Assembly (NCBI RefSeq): GCF_964355755.1
Contig: NC_092676.1
Location: forward strand, 22,462,871-22,526,870
Length of the DNA: 64,000 nucleotides
DNA from: Antedon mediterranea
Lineage: Eukaryota; Animalia; Echinodermata
Direction: 5' to 3'
A program made the position numbers and the translations under genes. The notes under the pieces were generated by a model. That model did not search any database. It saw only the letters and a list, made by a program, of their open reading frames with translations, and was not told where the DNA came from. Positions 52,178 to 64,000 of the stretch are shown one piece after another (the first letter of the stretch is position 1; each line of letters starts with the position of its first letter).

Positions 52178-55100
52178 ATGTCGAATACCACCCAGAAAAT
52201 GTCTCTTATTCAGTCAACAGCAGGAGCTGTGCCTGTAAAAAATGAAAAAGGTAATTTTTTTTGTTTATTAAATATGTGGATAATGTGAACATACTCATAT
52301 GGCCTGTATGGTTTTGATATACAGTAGAACCCCTCCTTTGGAAAATCCCTTTCTATGGGACAATTTTCAATGAAACAAATAAGGTAACTACAATATTTTT
52401 TTTAACAGTACAGCCATTAGAGGACATCCTATTGAGGGGACACTTAGGTCCCTTAATTAGGGTTCTACTGTATTTGTATTCTACTCATTTGTAACACTAT
52501 TTTACAGGTCAAGTTAGTATGCAGAAAGTGAAGGTCAAACGATATGTATCCGGAAAAAGGTAAACTCATTTCAATTATCAATCGCCAGTCAAATCATTAA
52601 GAAATAATTCTACTACAGTTAGTGTAGTCTACATTTTGTTTAGTAACCTGTTTATGCAAGTTTTTATTTTATAAAGCTTTTTTTGTAATCATACACACTG
52701 TTATTACAGTGATGTCATTAACATATTAAAAACCTTTTTTTAATCATACAGTGCACAAACATCACACTATTCTTATACAGAAGAACTAGCAAGCACCTTA
52801 ATAGGGGTGTCCCCTGAATAAGGATTGGCTATAGTGTTAAAACATATACTTCCCATAATTTGTTTCCTGTTAAGTGTCTTCTGAATAGGGATTGGTGGTG
52901 TAGTATTAAAACATAAATTTCCCCTCAATTTTGACTTGATAGCCTACTGTTGATTGTGATATATAATCTGTTTAACTTGTTGCAGACCTGACTATGCGCC
53001 AGACTCTAGTGATGAGGAAGATGAAGATATGGAAGTGCCATTCAGTCGGCAACAGCGTAAAGCACCTGTGCACGTCAACAGATCGATGGCAGATGAGGAC
53101 GATCCACGTTTACGGAGATTAAAAGAACACAGACAGGAAATGGAAGATGATGATGAAGACGACCGGTACATATGTTCAATTAATAATGTTTCTTTAATCA
53201 AAGATGAGAATGACCAGTCCGTGATAGGTACCGCATATGATATAGGTTATAGTTATTATGGCAATGGCAAATTATGCTGGTAACGCAAGGTTGAATTTTT
53301 ATGTTTATTCAGTGACATTTTTTAATCATAACAATAACATGTACCTCAGAGTATGTTGTTAGAATAATCATTAATAAAATGCTAAATTGATTTAGGAAAT
53401 AATGGTTTGTTTTTGGATTTTATAAATTTTAAGAAATGTTATTTGGTTAAACAGAGTTGTGTAGTTTAATTTCTGCATTTCTCATGATTTATTATAGAAT
53501 GGCAAGGCATAGACACATAATGGAACCAGAAGTTGTAGATGAAGAAAGTGATGAAGAAATGGACAGAGGCCAAGACAGCGATGATGATGTTGGACGTCGA
53601 GTTCGAATCAGACCGGACGAAGAGAGCAGTTCTGATGACGAAGAGCTGGAAGAAGATGAAATTGAAAGGCGAAGGGCTTTGATGAGGGAGCGTGCTCAGC
53701 TTAGAGCACGAGAACAGCAGCAGGAAGAGCTGCTAGAGGTTGAAGACGAAGGGTCAGAGAAAGAGGAAATGATGTCAGAATCTTCAGAATATGAATCTTA
53801 TTCTGATTCTGAAGATGAGACAGGACCGAGGTTGAAGCCTGTCTTTGTTGCAAAGTAAGTAAGCTTCATGACTGCCTACAGTAAAACAAAGATGTATTAT
53901 CTTCTAATTAAGGACTGCTTACAAGATAGTCCAGTTAGTACAAATTGCTTGAAACTTGTTTTTGTTGCGAAGAATTCTTACAAAGAAATTCCAGTCTGTA
54001 CTGAAGTAGTCCAATGGGTCAGTAGACCTAATCAAGTTCACTGTTCATAAGAAGAACTTTAGTGAATGTGGTAATTGATAGTTTAAAGACCAATACTTTC
54101 AGATAACTAATAATAATAAATATTGGAATTGATTTATTATATTTACTTTAAGTTTTCTCCAATAAGAGATTTTATCCACAATACAAATTGCCATGAACAT
54201 TAGATAGGTACAATTGATGTGGTCTATATGCATTTATTAAATTAAGTAAAAAATAATGATGTTCAATAAGCATTAGACATAAGATAGCATGCAAAGACCA
54301 AACAAAATTAAGCAATGTTGTGTATGAAAGATTCATGATTAATTCATATTGTCTTCCTGTAGAAAAGATCGTGTAACAGTGCAAGAACGTGAAGCTGAAG
54401 CACTGAAAGTGAAGGAATTAGAAATAAAAGCAAAGAAACTAGCAGAAGAAAGAAAGCTAGAATCATTAAGGGTAAGTTTTATACCACAAATGTGATGTGA
54501 AGACTACTATATCATATGACACCATGTTAAAAGATATATATATATAAGCACAAACTTTTATGCAGATATTAGATGTACCAATCAAGGTATGAGGGATTTA
54601 AGGCTTGTAGTTAAAGCTACAAACAAGTGTTTAGACATCAATAGTGATACAAAAAAATGAAGCATCTATTTATTCCAAAATACTATTTATAATATTTCAG
54701 ATAATTGAGAGTGATGCTCGGAGGGAACTAGAGGAATCGGTAAATGCCAACAAAGATGCATTAGACCTAATGGCAATTGTTACAGATGATGAGAACGACG
54801 AGGAAGAATATGAAGCATGGAAAGTGAGGGAATTAAAAAGGTTAAAACGAGAGAAGGAAGAGAAAGACCAGTAAGTGATAGATAACAACCTGAAATTTCA
54901 TTTCTCTTGTATTAAAAAGAATGTTTAAGGATATTCCACTAAGTATTCATTGACAGCTAACTTGAGAAACAGTACTAATACCGCCCTGTGATCTATACTC
55001 AATTTGCTAAAGTACTATATTGGGAATCATTACCATTAAAGTCATTTGAAAGATCCATGTTAACTGGTACTGTTGTAGTTTTGGAAAGGTTGACCAGGGT

Positions 55101-57707
55101 TTATGGTTTTTCTAGAGAGTAGTTTCTGCATATACTTTACCTAAGTGCCGGTCATATTCAGATCATCCAATCCATGATAAATTTCTTGTGATTTACAGTT
55201 AGTATATTATTGATATTAGTTAATAGTAAGGCATTTCTAGACTAGTTGAATCGAACAGGCAGTAACAGATATACTACAGTACGTGCCAGCATGCAGACCT
55301 CATTCTATAAGCATTCTATTTAACTCGCACCATTACGTTTTTTCTAACTTTTGACTTTTTTACCTTGTTTATTAGGAGAGAAAAGGAGCAACTAGAAATT
55401 GAAAGGTTAAGAAACATGACAGAAGAAGAAAGGAGGAAAGAGCTGCATAATAATCCTAAAACTATTACAAATAAATCCGAGAAAGGTCGATACAAGTTTC
55501 TACAGAAGTACTATCACCGTGGTGCTTTCTTTATGGTATGTTGTTATTAAAACTACAGCTGTTTATAATATTCAATAAATATACAGTATTTCACCCAGGT
55601 TCTTAATACAGTTTATTTAATATGATGTGAATCAAAAATCAAAAGATAATTTTGTTTATTAACATACAAAATGCCATTGAATTGATTTTTCTGATGATTT
55701 TATATCACATGCTGTGGATAATTTGGATCCATCCTTACAATTAGAGGTGGTACAGTGGACACAGTGAATGTTAATGTGCAGCCCTACTCTGAGGCCAAAT
55801 TCCATTATATATTTGTTTTTGGTCACAATTTTGATGTTTTGTTTTCGGGGAATGGAAGATGGTCTATTGAACTGGAAACTTGTTTGTTGTCCATCTCGTG
55901 AAAATATTCTGTCAATTTCAATCGTAAACATTATTATTGTAACTATGCGACAAATTAACAGGTTATCTTATTAAAGTTTTGTGGCTAGTTTTAGGAATGT
56001 TTGACACCAGATTACATTCAGTACCCATAATTATTCACCTTGGTGTATATGGTCAGATGCCATTGGAAATTAATTATGTATGTAAAGTATTTTAAACTGT
56101 GTTTTTGTTTTTTAGGATGAAGAGGAGAATATGTTCAAGAGGGACTTTTCAAAGGCAACATTAGATGACCACTTTGACAAGACTGTTTTACCAAAGGTTA
56201 TGCAGGTAAATAGACATTCTCCCCTGATTTCTATGGTTATATTTTTTCAACGTTTATACTACTTAGTACTTTACTCAACTTATTACTCTAAAGCCCCTTT
56301 CTCACAGAGTTGTGTGCCAGGAATATTGCGGGAATATACCATTACCATGCCGGTATGGTTTTCTGTGAGAACGGGTCAACTTGGCATCATGCCGGCACCA
56401 TGCCGGCATCGACATGACCTGCTTTAGACCTAGTAATATTCTAGGGATATTCCCCGCAATGCCAGACGGGCATTCTGTGAGAACGTATCGCCGTTATATT
56501 CCGGGGTTCCCCGTCGAGGCTTTGACGCCTTGCGCGGTCAAGTGTATCACTTTGGCGCCTATTCAATTCAATTAACAATAATAATGTCGAACTGGAGGGA
56601 TAATGAGATAAGAGAGCTGCTTAAAATAAGGGGACAAGAAGAAATTTGTAGCATAATCTATAGGCCGCTAGGCTAGGCCATAACATAGCTCTTTGTTTGT
56701 TGGTGCCTGACCTTTCGTCGCCTTGTAAATTGTAGGCCTACAGCCTTCTAATAAGGTGTTTTACAGATTGCCGATGACGGCAAATTAATTGCTATACCTG
56801 TATAATATATGCACAATATACTGTACATAGCATGTATTGCATAAATATGCTATAAAGGAAGATAATAATCTGTAACTTAACATTCGCCGCCATATCATCG
56901 CTAGACAAAAATAATAACAATAAAGGACGCCCTCAATAATTATTTGTCAGACTTTTTATTGGCCGAATATGCCCGACTCCTTTCTCACAGAAAGCCGGTA
57001 TATACCGGTTATATTTCCGGCACGATAGTCCGGTGAGAATGGGTATATGCCGGTAACGATACCGGCACGACGCCAGCACTGTACCGGTATATTGCAGGCA
57101 CATCTGTGAGAAAGGGGCTTAAAATGCAAATTGCAGATCTGCTTGACTACAAAGCTCATCACCTGGCCGACATTCCGGTGCCACCAACAAATCATGCCAG
57201 GCATGTAGAATTTCACTGCCAGTATCCCAACTAAAGGCAAACAAACTCAAATACCAATTATCATACTATACTATCAATGTAGGCCTAGCTCAGGGATCAA
57301 AAGGAAAATTGAAATTATTTTTTCACACAAAAAAAATGATAAAAAGATGGGCAGGTAAAACTTGTTTAGGGCAATCAAATTGTGACATCTCAATTTTAAA
57401 AATTCAGTGAGCCCAGACCCTGGTATAGTTGGCGACTCTGCAAGGTTTTGAGAATTTCCATATGCAGGAGCATATTTGTGACTCCATACGTTTGCTAACA
57501 GTCATTTTTCAATCTTGTTTCTAGGTTAAAAACTTTGGTCGATCTGGAAGGACAAAGTATACACATTTACTAGACCAAGATACAACACAGTTTGATTCTC
57601 CTTGGAACTCGGACAATGTCATCGGTAGGAAATTCCAGAATCTAGCAGGTGGAATGAAACAAGGATTTGAAAAACCAACTAGCAATAACAAATCCAGCAA
57701 ATCATGA
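52178..57707 (+). CDS. MFAP1: Microfibrillar-associated protein 1 (spliceosome B-complex factor, ~457 aa)
   Basis: Exons 52178-52250, 52508-52559, 52986-53165, 53498-53854, 54363-54471, 54701-54870, 55376-55535, 56116-56205, 57525-57707 (1374 nt). Motifs [83 protein letters not shown]. Confidence 0.96.
52322..52470. mobile_element. Tc1/mariner (pogo-type) MITE
   Basis: TA|CAGTAGAACCC...GGGTTCTACTG|TA. Confidence 0.8.
56292..57119. mobile_element. PIF/Harbinger-like non-autonomous element
   Basis: TAA TSD; TIR AGCCCCTTTCTCACAGA; subterminal ccgg-rich repeats; lies in an MFAP1 intron. Confidence 0.85.
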
Positions 57708-58721
57708 AGACCTTTTTTAGCTGTTCACTATCATTGACAATGTGAAGTCAATGCTGTTGACGAGTTACTGTGAAGATGTTGACTTTACAGTATAACAGCT
57801 GCCATGTTATATGGAATCCAGTCTATGGCCTTTTGTCTGAATATGCCTAAGCGGAACATTTGTGATCACATTTAAATAAGCTTAGATTATTCAGTTATGG
57901 TATGACACTGAATTTCTTAAATGAATGCCCAAGTTACACTAACAGAAGGCTATATTTGTAAATTGCTACATATATTCTGATAAACAAGAGGTTCTCATGT
58001 CAACAGTAATGTACAAATCAGAAGTTTGAGTAATTTATTATTATTGTGCGTCTAATGTACAGATTTTGTTTTGCATGATCTAGTTCTCTAGAAAACAAGG
58101 TACCAGACACATAGTTGACTGTGCTGATAGTTAATAATGATTTTGTTTAACCGTATTGATAGCCTTCATGACCTTGTCGATAGTCAATACTAAGTTACAT
58201 GCACGGTCGACCTTCAAAGTCAGTGTTTCAAAGTTGTTAATGCCATAATTATGGTGGTAATTTCACAGAAAGAAATGTTGCTACACTAAACTACCCCACA
58301 AAATAAAGTTATCTTAACTTTCTGAAGGTGGTGATTTTAGAGTTTTGTGTACTCGTAGTGAAATAAGTTTATCTTTATCAAATACTAATTAACTGTACTG
58401 ATAAAAGCATGGAAGAAAGAAATATTTTTTCCCTTCATATAATCAAGTTATGTACGGTAGGCCTACTAATAGTTTATGATACATGTGTTGTAAATACTAT
58501 TTTGAATAAATGAACCTAAAGAAGTGTTTGATATTGTTTACACTTTTTGTGTTCATTAGTTTGATTAAATAGTTTATGCAGATTGCATACCATATCAATG
58601 AAGAAATAGTAACAAATTCCCTAGATACAATATTTTTGTTTTTCTATTTTTACTTTCATTTTTTATAATTAATATTCAATAAATTCTTTCTAATCAAACC
58701 ATCATGATTGAGAATGTCCAT

Positions 58722-59029
58722 ACCAACTCTTCAGCAGGCAAGACCACTCAAGTCCTCTTCAGTAACCTAGATAGCTATGCTAAGCCCCACTGGCACTACC
58801 GATCCATTTGATAGGTACAGTAAGCTATCTAGAGCCTAACTAGGCTAGCTAGGAGTGGGCTAGCCTCTAGCTAGGCCTACTCTCTAGCCTAGGCCTACAG
58901 TCTTTATAAACTCACCTTATTCTTCCGGTTTGATATTATTGATAGACCTGTGGCTTTTTGGCTTCTATGTTTGTAGTCTGGTCACTTTATATTCCACAAG
59001 CAATGATTTTTGCCTCGAATAATGTCCAT
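58722..59029 (-). pseudogene. Decayed MADF/Myb-SANT-like coding fragment (possibly Harbinger-derived)
   Basis: MDIIRGKNHCLWNIK*PDYKHRSQK with a GTGAG donor at 58915; possible next exon VTEEDL; in-frame stops. Confidence 0.4.
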
Positions 59030-61159
59030 GTTTTGTGCACTTAAAATTTATTTTGTTTTATTGTCTGCTACTACGCATGCTGCACTTTGTATGCAAAAAC
59101 CAAATCTCTGTGATCTGATTGGTTGAATCTTCAGTACACTGTCGTCATAGATTGTCTGCTCAAAATTTATTTTGTGTCATTTTTATGACGTAAGTAATAC
59201 TTATTTAATGTTGTGTATGTTGTTTTAGCAACAAACAAGAAAATAAGGATAAGAAGCAATAGTTATTGATCATTGCAACAGAACAATTTATTGATGTTCC
59301 TTGAAAGGGCCTATAAGAGTAGATACAGATGATGCATTGTTATGCCAAAGTACACAGATCTAAAATAAAATCTACAACAGCAAGATTATTATAGTAAAAC
59401 ACACCAATTAATATAAGCAAATCTAAAAATTAAAGAAATCAACTCAAATTTACGTATTACAATAAAAAAAAAATTTTTGACGGTAGTAAATAAACTTTTT
59501 TTTATACTTAAGGTTTCTTAACTAAGTTAAATTTTATGGAATACAGTAATTTGCTTAAAAGGGAAAGAGGACCAGCACAATGGCCTTAGGGTCGCCCAAA
59601 AACGGGGAGCATGACAATCAGGCCATAGTTGGCAGCGATAATTTTATTTGTGCCTTGAATGTTGCAAACAAAAGCATTTTTACCCAAAAAAGGTGAATAA
59701 GTGAGATACAACGAATACTACCGAACAAAGGGTGGCCAAAATCTGTACTTAGTAGTACTGTGTATAATTCAGTACCAATTAGAATACATTAAGTGGTTTT
59801 TGTGTATCAAAACAGATGCGTTTAAATACTTGTTTATTAATAATATTCTATTCAATGACATAGTATATAAAAATTTCAAGATTTTCTCTAAAGTATCAAA
59901 TAATGTGGACTTAGTTCATTGTTATTTAAACTAATTGACACTTAAACTCCACATTAACTAACCCAATTTTATAACATCATATTACTAAATTTAGATAATT
60001 TTAAACTAAAACTACAAAAACCAACAGTAAATATTAAAACTATTACACAAATTTTACGAAATTGTGTACATGGCGAAAGACAACATAGGCATAGAGTAAA
60101 ATCAAATGCAAATGAAAAGAAAGAAGATAAAAATGCATATTTTGTTACATTTTGCACCAATATTAAAAAATGCACCAGTAATAACTATATATCATATATT
60201 CTCACGCATATAAGACAACCCACATGCCCGATGACAAATGACTTTGATTGGTTGTAAAAATGCTCAAAGTTTGTCATTCTAACAAGTTACAAATGAATAT
60301 TTTCATTCATATCCTAATAACTGGGAAGAGACATAACGCCCCCAGGGCTTGGTAATAATTCTTGCATCAGTTTGGCTGCCATATTTGATTCAAAATCTTC
60401 CAGTATGCAATAGCAAATTTATGCAAAGGTGTGGTACACCACGTGATTCCAAAGAGAAATAAAGTATGGTTGAGAATGTCCCGACATTTCGGTTGTTATA
60501 CAACAACCATCTTCTGGAGAATTTAGCACCACAAGCAAAACATTGAGATGCTCTCAACCTTACTCCATTTCCTTTTGGAAACACATGGTGTACCGCAAAC
60601 CTAACTCTACCAGTGCTTATTCGCCTTGCAACCCTTTATTGATTAAAAGATTTCCTTAAATATTTCAAGATTTTGGTATTTATTGTTGGAATATCAATAA
60701 CACGCATACCGTAAACATATCAATCTTATATGCGAAAAATATATGTAATAGTTCGACAGAAAGTGTACCTATAGAGGGTGCTATTCTCTTAATGTTCATC
60801 CAGAAACTATTATCAATTATTTAATTAATTATAATAAAAGAATTTGCAATGAATCTACTTCATTCATATTTATTTTAACACATTTATTCGGTAATACATC
60901 AGCTATTATATTTGCTAAAGTTCCAACCAAACATTTTGAGAATCAATCTCTAAAAACGTTGGTCGTATACACAAAATACATTTGAAAAGATTAATACAAT
61001 TTGAAACATATATATTAACACGATTTTTTCATTCTTATATGCGCAAATATTTTTATCAAGAAAAAGAAATATCAAATAAAAAATTAAAACAGATTTTTAA
61101 CTATATATATTATATTACAAATGACTATCTAGTTAAAAAGCATTTTGCACATGATGCAA

Positions 61160-61324
61160 AGCTCTATCTACACTATCAAACTAGTTTGACAAAAAAAAAG
61201 GTGTGATGTTCCCAAATATGGTAGTGATATACCCAAATATGTTAGTGATATGACATCATCATGTCCATATAAGGGCACATCACATTTTTTTTGTCACATA
61301 AAGTATGGTAGTGTAGACAGAGCT
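61160..61324. mobile_element. Harbinger-like MITE
   Basis: AGCTCTATCTACACTA...TAGTGTAGACAGAGCT. A partial copy of the same family lies at ~16340-16427. Confidence 0.75.
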
Positions 61325-62788
61325 TTAGTACCAAGCTGATTATGAAAAGCATAATATTACATATTTATATAATTTTATCAAACTTACAATTACCCCATGT
61401 TAAAACATTAATTCTTCTTGCCACACACTATATTATGTGTATCCTATGTCACGCTTCACTTACGAATACCAAATTGAAACCATGGTCATAAAATATTAGT
61501 CGTAAAGTAAACAAATAAAAGTTATATTTTACTCTTAGGGATGCCAAGATCATACTACTGCAGTTACTGCAGTATCTACATTCTTTTTTACTGCAATAAC
61601 GTATGATTTTAGTTTGTTTCGATGAAGGATTCACTGTAATAATAATGTGTATGATCATCAAAACAATATAATGCTAGCTAAATAATTGCATAAACTGGTT
61701 AAAGGTATTAACAAAGTGTAGTAACTGCAGTAACTGCAGTAGAAAAATGTTGACATCATTTTTTTCGTCAACACAATAAAAAATAATAAATGTAAAATTA
61801 GCTATAAATGATAGATGTTATCATAATAATTAGAAATTTTAAATTATTCATTTATTTAAAGAATTTTTAAAATCCTCTCCGTTCACTATCTATAGCACAA
61901 TATCATGGAGGAATAATTTTAAAAAAAAAACGCTAAAAAAGTCTTATTATTTCAACAATCATTCCAATATCACAATAAGTACATATTATATTAAACTGGT
62001 CAGTTGGTACTAACTTAAGTTTTATTTCATGGTAAGTTTGTTGGTCAAACATCTCTGAATACACAAAATCTAAATATAAAACTACACATTTAAGATATTA
62101 TAACATGTTTCTGATTCAAAAACAGTGAAAAATATCTCATATTTTATCATATCCATCAACTTTTTAATCGCTATATCATCATCACCATCATTTATCATAT
62201 ACATTTACAGTTTCATAAAATTTCTTACCATTGCAGTACACAAATATGTATACATATTTACATAGTATTACAGACAACCAAAACAATAAAATAATAATTA
62301 ATAATAGCATGAATATTTAAGCTATTACTGTAATCATCAAGATTTCTAAACTATTTTCTTCATTAATATTTATAATAACTTGTTTATCAAATAAACAAAC
62401 AAAAAACAACCCAAAAACAAACAAAAAAAACAAGCAACTGAGGTATAAAATATAGCAGTAATAGGCATACATATGGCAAACACCAAACATTTTTTTTATA
62501 TCAAAATCTGGATGTGCAGATATTTAATTTATGCAAAAAACTAAACCTAATTAATTAATCTTTTTATTTAATAAACCAATTCAACAAACTCAGAACAAAT
62601 TCATTTTGTTTTAATTGCTCAGGGAGTATACATATGATTTTATCTAATATGGAGTCATTAAAAAAATGTAATATAGTGTTTTATGTAGTTTAAGTACATG
62701 GTGTTTATATTGAAGAAATGGTATACACCAAATTCACACATCAAGGCACACAATCTACATAAAAAACAAAGGCATCTGTAGGTGCTGT

Positions 62789-63137
62789 TCACATGGTTAC
62801 TACCTCAGTCCTACGTATGTCTTCATTACCAGTGATATCATTGTTCGCTGAAGTATTCCTAATAGAGTGCTCGTCTCCCGACATCTCTTCAACATTTAAC
62901 TCTGAATCGTTGGTAGTATCACCATTCTCTGTCAACCGTGTGAGTGTTTCGTCCGGCACTACCGGATCAGGAAAGAACACAAGTGGTTCCGAAATGAGTA
63001 TTTCAAGAATTGGCGTCAGCCGTGGTATCTTCTGCATCTCGAGAACCGTTTTACAATTTGTGTGCATCAGCGTGATGAGCCAACATATTGCCAAGTTTTG
63101 GCTGTTCATCTTATTGCGCAAGAAATTCATCATTACT
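62789..63137 (-). CDS. Last coding exon of a RhoGAP-domain protein (p190/ARHGAP35-5-like)
   Basis: tacag acceptor; NKMNSQNLAICWLITLM...ILEILISEPLVFF matches the end of a RhoGAP domain. The rest of the gene lies right of the window. Confidence 0.75.
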
Positions 63138-63869
63138 CTGTAGATAAGAATATAAAAAATTAATGATTTAAAAATTGAACCAAGTCATAAAAAACACTCA
63201 TTCCTAATTAAAATATGTCTTAATATGTATTAAATGTTCCTAAATGACATTCAAATATAGTATTACAATAAAATATACCATACTTTGAGTTTTTAAGTTC
63301 AATGAAGCGCAATGTTATAATTATTAAGTATAGCTTTTGTTGTTATAAATTTAATATCATGCAACAACACACAGCATGCATGTAAATTTATTAATTTTAG
63401 AAACTATATTTATGAATTGAATTAATAATAATAACAGTAAATATATGATAAAAAAGTCACTATACAATTGGTTACCAACATAAATGTATAGTAAGGTGAA
63501 AATAATACTACACTAGAATTGGCTAAAACAAATTGAAAAATGAAGAAACTACTCTATAAAATGAACTGAAATAAATGATGAGATAGTAATCAATAATACA
63601 GTTATTGCATTTATTAAAGACTTTTTTTATTTATGAAATGTGCAAAACCTGTAACCGTGGGGGTGAAATATATTCTATACCCAATTTTTACACTCTTAAA
63701 AATAATTCCCTAATCAATTTATCTAGGATGATCTAGGATATTGTGGACCATGTTAGTAAACCGAATACTGATGATGTAAACAACTTTTCTAGGCATGCAT
63801 ATTTTATGCCAAATTACTGTTTAAGAGCACACTCACCCATAAACATGTTGGTATAAATGACCTTTACTT

Positions 63870-64000
63870 GATCAACCTGGTTATTTTTTATCATCCAGAT
63901 TATCACTTATTAACCTGATTATCTTTTATAACCTGGTAAATCTCTTATTAACTTGGTTATTTCTTATTAAACCTGGTAATTTCTTATTCGACCCAATTAT
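63870..64000. repeat. Degenerate ~20-bp tandem repeat (tattaacctggttatt...)
   Basis: About 6 copies, running off the window end. Confidence 0.65.

Noticed and set aside
54697-54888. Ser-rich minus-strand ORFs (also 52992-53201 and 62793-63143 on plus)
   Set aside because: Antisense to acidic exons of real genes.
1-64000. tRNA/rRNA genes
   Set aside because: None recognised by eye; tRNAscan-SE or Infernal would be needed to exclude them.

Overview
AT-rich animal nuclear DNA, probably an echinoderm-type invertebrate (inferred from repeat and intron style), with GT-AG spliced genes and many transposons. Left to right: (1) the 5' part of a minus-strand signal-peptide/LRR gene built from duplicated exon-intron units, which hosts a near-intact 6.8-kb AcademX DNA transposon (1164-7936; ~510-bp TIRs, TAT TSD, intron-containing transposase-XPG-Cys gene with one frameshift). 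(2) A complete XRCC4 gene (minus strand, 10 coding exons, ~343 aa) whose last codons are tandemly repeated in the 3'UTR. (3) A 13.9-kb non-coding foldback element (22635-36522, 9-bp TSD) made of two opposed arrays of a ~181-bp satellite, inserted ~60 bp upstream of the XRCC4 start codon. (4) A phosphoethanolamine N-methyltransferase-like gene with a vestigial N-terminal domain. (5) MFAP1. (6) The last exon of a p190-like RhoGAP. MITEs, LINE 3' fragments and apparent transposon excision footprints are scattered throughout. All exon structures were read by eye and need RNA-seq confirmation.
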